Source: Longimicrobiales bacterium (GTDB lineage Bacteria > Gemmatimonadota > Gemmatimonadetes > Longimicrobiales > Gaopeijiaceae). From it: a DNA stretch of 64,000 nucleotides. Both the position numbers and the translations under genes were made by a program. Of this stretch, positions 59,668-64,000 are shown in pieces. The notes beneath the pieces were generated by a model. It was given only the letters and a program-made list of their open reading frames with translations, searched no databases and was not told where the DNA came from. Numbering within the stretch: the first letter of the stretch is position 1; every line of letters starts with the position of its first letter. The stretch covers positions 224,001 through 288,000 of the forward strand of contig CBDDCX010000007.1 of NCBI GenBank assembly GCA_965226375.1, written 5' to 3'.

Positions 59668-61383
59668 CTACGCCGACCCTCTGCCGTCTCTGCCGATAAG
59701 CTTGTTCAGCACGACCACGGGCACCAGGCCCACGGCGATGATGAGCAGTGCGGGCACGGCTGATTGGGTCAGCTGCTCATCCGTGGCGAGTTGGAAGGCG
59801 CGGGTGGCCAGTGTATCGAAGTTGAACGGGCGCAGGATGAGCGTGAGCGGTAGCTCCTTCAGCACGTCCACGAAGACCAGAAGGGCGGCGCTCAGAAGGG
59901 TCCCTTTGAGCAAGGGCAGGTCCACCTTCAGGAGCGTCTTGAACGGCGGCACCCCGAGCGACCTGGAGGTCTCGTCGAGATTGCCGCACAAGCGCTTGAA
60001 GCCCGACTCGAGCGGGTTGAGCGCCACGGCCAGGAAGCGCACGACATAGGCGAATGTGAGAGCCGCGAGTGTGCCACTCAGCAGGAGTCCAGTAGGGATA
60101 TCGAAGGTCGCCCTCATGAACGAATCGACCCGTCGATCCACCCACACGAACGGGATGAACACGCCCACGGCGATGACGGCTCCGGGAATCGAATAGCCGA
60201 GGACGGCTACCTTGGAGGCGAGTCGTAGGAGGGGCGTGGGGCTCAACCGAGTCGCATAGGAGATCAGCAGGGCTGCCAAGACCGCTGCACCTGCGGCCAC
60301 CAGGGCCAGCGAGAAGCTGTGAAGCGTGAGTTCGACGAAGCGTGCATCCAGCGCTCCGACACCGGATTTCGCCGCCCACCCCAGGAGCTGTAGGACCGGA
60401 ACCAAAAACCCCAGCGCGAGCGGAATGAGGCAGGCGGCGAACGAGAGCCATCGGCCCCTCGCTCCCAGCGTGCGCCGTACGTTCGGCCTGTAACCCCTGG
60501 CTCCGTCGTCGAAGCGAGCGCGGCCCCGCTGCGCCCGCTCGAAGATGATGAGCGAAAACACGAAGAGGAGAAGGATGCCGGACAGGCGCATGGCCGACAT
60601 GGGGTCGTTCAGGGGGAACCACGCCCGGAAGATCCCAGTCGTGAAGGTGGGTATGCCGAAGTATTTCACGGCCCCGTACTCGTTGAGCACTTCCATGAGA
60701 ACCAGCGTCAGACCGCCCACGACGGCCGGCCGGGACATGGGCAACGCCACCTTGAAGAAGGTGTTCCATGGTCCCCGCCCGAGGCTGCGAGCGGTCTCCA
60801 GGACAGCTCCCGACTGACGGACGAAAGAGGCCCGGGCGATTACGTACACGTAGGGGTAGAGCACCAGGGCCATCATGACCATGGCCCCCTCCCTCGACAT
60901 GATCGCCGCCCGGATCCGCCACGTCTCGCCGCCGGGCCACACAGCACCCAGGAGGCCTGACGTGGTGCTCCCGTACTCGAAGACCCCGGCATAGGTGTAG
61001 GCGATGATGTACGTGGGAATCGCCAGCGGCAGGACCAGGCTCCACTCGAACGTCCGTCGCCCCGGAAAGTCGTAGACCGACACCAGCCATGCCGGGGCCA
61101 GCCCGAGAACGAGGGCGAGAACGCCGACTCCCACCATGAGGAGCGCTGAATTCCCCACGTAGACCCAGAGGACCGTGCTGGCCAGGTGCTGCCAGATCTC
61201 GGTGCGAGGTCCAAAGACTCCCACCGAGATCACCAGCAGGGGGAGCGTCGTGAGCGTCACCACCACGAGGGCGGACACACTCCAGGGGGTGAGCCCGCCC
61301 CGGAACTCGCCGCGCGACTGACGCCAGAAAGCCCGGAGCGCGCTCCACGCGCTCCGGGCTCTCGGACGGATGGCCGCAGCCAT
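59668..61383 (-). CDS. Fe3+ ABC transporter permease (FbpB/FutB-like)
   Basis: Duplicated permease halves, LPLAIPTY, ETARSLG, KELPLTLILRPFNFDTLA. Confidence 0.9.
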   Translation of the reverse strand: MAAAIRPRARSAWSALRAFWRQSRGEFRGGLTPWSVSALVVVTLTTLPLLVISVGVFGPRTEIWQHLASTVLWVYVGNSALLMVGVGVLALVLGLAPAWLVSVYDFPGRRTFEWSLVLPLAIPTYIIAYTYAGVFEYGSTTSGLLGAVWPGGETWRIRAAIMSREGAMVMMALVLYPYVYVIARASFVRQSGAVLETARSLGRGPWNTFFKVALPMSRPAVVGGLTLVLMEVLNEYGAVKYFGIPTFTTGIFRAWFPLNDPMSAMRLSGILLLFVFSLIIFERAQRGRARFDDGARGYRPNVRRTLGARGRWLSFAACLIPLALGFLVPVLQLLGWAAKSGVGALDARFVELTLHSFSLALVAAGAAVLAALLISYATRLSPTPLLRLASKVAVLGYSIPGAVIAVGVFIPFVWVDRRVDSFMRATFDIPTGLLLSGTLAALTFAYVVRFLAVALNPLESGFKRLCGNLDETSRSLGVPPFKTLLKVDLPLLKGTLLSAALLVFVDVLKELPLTLILRPFNFDTLATRAFQLATDEQLTQSAVPALLIIAVGLVPVVVLNKLIGRDGRGSA

Positions 61384-61410
61384 GCTCTCGGTCAGCCTAA
61401 ACCGCCATCC

Positions 61411-62463
61411 CTACCGCCACCCGGCCCGGTCGAAGATCATCACGGCACGCGCGTTGAGCTCCCCGAGCACGGACAGGTTCAGCGTGTCGGCACGGAACTC
61501 TCCCCACTCCTGAAGCGTCTCCGCCCAAGCGATGCCGGGTTTTACCGGATACTCGAAGTTGGCCTCGGCGTAGCTGGTCTGGGCCTCTGAATCGGTCAGG
61601 AATTCCAGCAGCCTGAGCGCGTTCTCGGGATTGGGCGAGTGCGCGGTGACGCCGGCGCCGCTCACGTTTACGTGAGCACCCCGATCGGCCTGGTTGGGGA
61701 AGAAGATCCCTACCTCTTGGGCCAACTCGCGGTCACCCTCGTCGTCCCCGTTGAGCAACAGCCCGACATAGTAGGTGTTGGTGATGGCCACGTCGCCGAC
61801 ACCGGCCGCCACGTCCTTGACCTGATCGCGATCCCCGCCCTGGGGGGACCGAGCCATGTTCCGTACCACACCCCGGGCCCACTCTTCCGCCGCGTCCTCT
61901 CCGTGGATGGCGATGATCGACGCCAGAAGCGACTGATTGTAGATGTTTTCCGAGCTTCGCACGAGAACACGGCCCCGCCACTTGGGATCGGCCAGGTCTT
62001 CGTAGGTCGAGAGCTCGTCGGGCGAAACCCGATCCAGCGAGTACGCGATGACGCGGCCTCTCTGTGTCAGCCCGTACCAGTAGCCCTCCGGATCCCTCAG
62101 GTGGGGGGGGACGTTTGCATCGAGTACCTCCGAGCCCGAGCCGCGGAGCAGATTGCGTTCCTTGGCCCGCTGTAGACGACCCGCGTCCACGGTGATCAGC
62201 AGATCGGCCTGTGTGCTCGCACCTTCGGTCTCGAGGCGGGTGATCAGCTCGTCGGCCGAGGCCGTCTGGATGTTGACCTGTATGCCTGTCAGCTCAGTGA
62301 AGCGGCGAAAAAGCTCCTGGTCCGTGTCGTAATGCCTATGACTGTAGACGTTGACGACGCCGGCGTCCTCTGGGACACCGTCCTGCTGTCCGTCTCCGGT
62401 GCAGGCGGCAAGAAGGGCCACTCCCATGAGGGTAAAGAGGCTCGAAGTATGCAACGGCTTCAT
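61411..62463 (-). CDS. Fe3+ ABC transporter substrate-binding lipoprotein (FbpA/FutA-like)
   Basis: Lipobox LAAC, VYSHRHY, ITVDAGRL, YNQSL, NTYY, NFEYP. Confidence 0.92.
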   Translation of the reverse strand: MKPLHTSSLFTLMGVALLAACTGDGQQDGVPEDAGVVNVYSHRHYDTDQELFRRFTELTGIQVNIQTASADELITRLETEGASTQADLLITVDAGRLQRAKERNLLRGSGSEVLDANVPPHLRDPEGYWYGLTQRGRVIAYSLDRVSPDELSTYEDLADPKWRGRVLVRSSENIYNQSLLASIIAIHGEDAAEEWARGVVRNMARSPQGGDRDQVKDVAAGVGDVAITNTYYVGLLLNGDDEGDRELAQEVGIFFPNQADRGAHVNVSGAGVTAHSPNPENALRLLEFLTDSEAQTSYAEANFEYPVKPGIAWAETLQEWGEFRADTLNLSVLGELNARAVMIFDRAGWR

Positions 62464-62526
62464 GAACAGCTCTCCATGAGACGACGTGGAATCCAGAGTG
62501 AGAGGGGTAGTCCTCTGTTTCTCAGA

Positions 62527-62549
62527 TAGTTGAGAACGACTCTCAACTA
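62527..62549. promoter_or_regulatory. Fur-box-like palindrome
   Basis: TAGTTGAGA-ACGAC-TCTCAACTA upstream of the iron-uptake genes. Confidence 0.65.
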
Positions 62550-62727
62550 GTCGCAGGAAGATCGACTCTATGGGCCAGGCAGGCAAGAGATGGCGCGCAT
62601 AAGTCTTCAGTGGGGATCAATGGCGTCGACTCCAGGACGCCGGTATCTTTCGGGCTCCACAGGGGAGCCTTGTTTGAGGCGGAGCCTGCCTAATTCGACA
62701 CTTCACGACCCTGCACCGGAGCGTTCC

Positions 62728-63966
62728 TTGACCGAATACACCTACGCCACCGTCCCGGCGGATGGCGAGAAGATCACGATAGACGGTGGCAAGCCGGTCG
62801 TACCGGCCCAACCGATCATCCCGTTCATCGAGGGAGACGGGATCGGTCCCGATATCTGGCGCGCCACGCAGGCCGTTGTCGACGCGTCGGTCGCCAAGGT
62901 CTATGAGGGCGAGCGGCGGATCGCGTGGATGGAGGTCTACGCGGGCGAGAAGGCGAACGACAAGACCGGCGAGTGGTTGCCCGAGGAGACCTTCGAGGCT
63001 CTCCGAGAGTTCAAGGTCGGGATCAAGGGACCCCTGACCACACCGGTCGGTGGGGGCATCCGATCGCTCAACGTCACGATTCGCCAGGTCCTCGATCTCT
63101 ATTCCTGCATTCGGCCGGTCCGGTGGATCAAGGGAGTGCCTTCGCCGATGAAGGAGCCCGAGAAACTCGACGTGATCATCTACCGTGAGAACACCGAGGA
63201 CGTATACGCCGGCATCGAGTGGGTTTCCGGCAGCGCCGACGCCAACCGCGTCAGGGCGTTTCTGGTCGACGAGATGGGCGTCTCCATCCGTGAAGAGAGC
63301 GGCATCGGGATCAAGCCGATGAGCCCCTTCGGCACCAAGCGACACGTGGCTGCCGCCATTCGCTACGCCCTCGAGCGGAACCGCAGGCTCGTCACGCTGG
63401 TCCACAAGGGGAACATCATGAAGTTCACCGAGGGGGCGTTCAGAGACTGGGGATACGAGGTGGCCGCAGAGGAGTTCTCCGATACCACGATCGCCGAACC
63501 CGCGGTCTGGGAAGGCGCCGATCCTGCCGGAAAGCTACTCGTCAACGACCGGATCGCCGACGCCATGTTTCAGCAGGTGCTTCTGCGCCCGGACGAGTAC
63601 GACGTGCTCGTGACCCCGAACCTCAATGGCGACTACCTTTCCGATGCCTGCGCCGCGCAGGTCGGCGGTCTCGGCATGGCGCCCGGTGCAAACGTGGGCG
63701 ACGAGATTGCAGTGTTCGAGGCTACGCACGGTACGGCCCCGAAGTACTCGGACCTGGACAAGGTGAATCCTGGTTCGCTGATACTGTCCGCCGTGATGAT
63801 GCTCGAGCATGTCGGTTGGAACGAAGCGGCCGAGGCGGTGAACAGAGGCATAGAGGGAGCGATCGACGCCAAGACCGTAACCTATGACCTGGAACGTCAG
63901 ATGGAGGGGGCCACCCTATTGAAGACCTCCGAGTTCGGCCAGGCGATCATTGCCCACATGCGATAA
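62728..63966 (+). CDS. icd: NADP-dependent isocitrate dehydrogenase
   Basis: [57 protein letters not shown]. Confidence 0.96.
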   Translation: MTEYTYATVPADGEKITIDGGKPVVPAQPIIPFIEGDGIGPDIWRATQAVVDASVAKVYEGERRIAWMEVYAGEKANDKTGEWLPEETFEALREFKVGIKGPLTTPVGGGIRSLNVTIRQVLDLYSCIRPVRWIKGVPSPMKEPEKLDVIIYRENTEDVYAGIEWVSGSADANRVRAFLVDEMGVSIREESGIGIKPMSPFGTKRHVAAAIRYALERNRRLVTLVHKGNIMKFTEGAFRDWGYEVAAEEFSDTTIAEPAVWEGADPAGKLLVNDRIADAMFQQVLLRPDEYDVLVTPNLNGDYLSDACAAQVGGLGMAPGANVGDEIAVFEATHGTAPKYSDLDKVNPGSLILSAVMMLEHVGWNEAAEAVNRGIEGAIDAKTVTYDLERQMEGATLLKTSEFGQAIIAHMR

Positions 63967-64000
63967 GAAAGACCCAATGAACATTCATCTCGTCTCTTCG

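Overview
GC-rich bacterial chromosome segment that starts at the replication origin (dnaA-oriC-dnaN). The expanded paralog families (Ser/Thr kinase-propeller, TolB/TPR, 'PWLRVFVEG' proteins) suggest Gemmatimonadota; this is inference only. Housekeeping and metabolic genes include pyrE, class I aldolase, gltA, icd, ABC systems and Fe3+ uptake. Two accessory regions interrupt them: a 6 kb integrative element in tRNA-Leu(CAA) (14.7-20.7 kb) and a 10 kb island (47.3-57.4 kb). The 10 kb island is the most interesting part. It holds an integron-like array of small genes separated by non-canonical attC-like TAAC...GTTA hairpins, next to an IntI-like recombinase that lacks the integron-specific insertion. 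An IS110/IS1111 element sits exactly in the AAC core of one of these sites, and its 3' non-coding region carries readable target and donor guides (bridge/seek RNA). Also notable: a shared CCGAA-N6-CCGAA motif upstream of three dispersed mutagenesis genes (candidate SOS box) and a candidate sigma54-driven sRNA. Several abrupt gene truncations and frameshifts may be assembly artefacts. All coordinates and alignments were read by eye.
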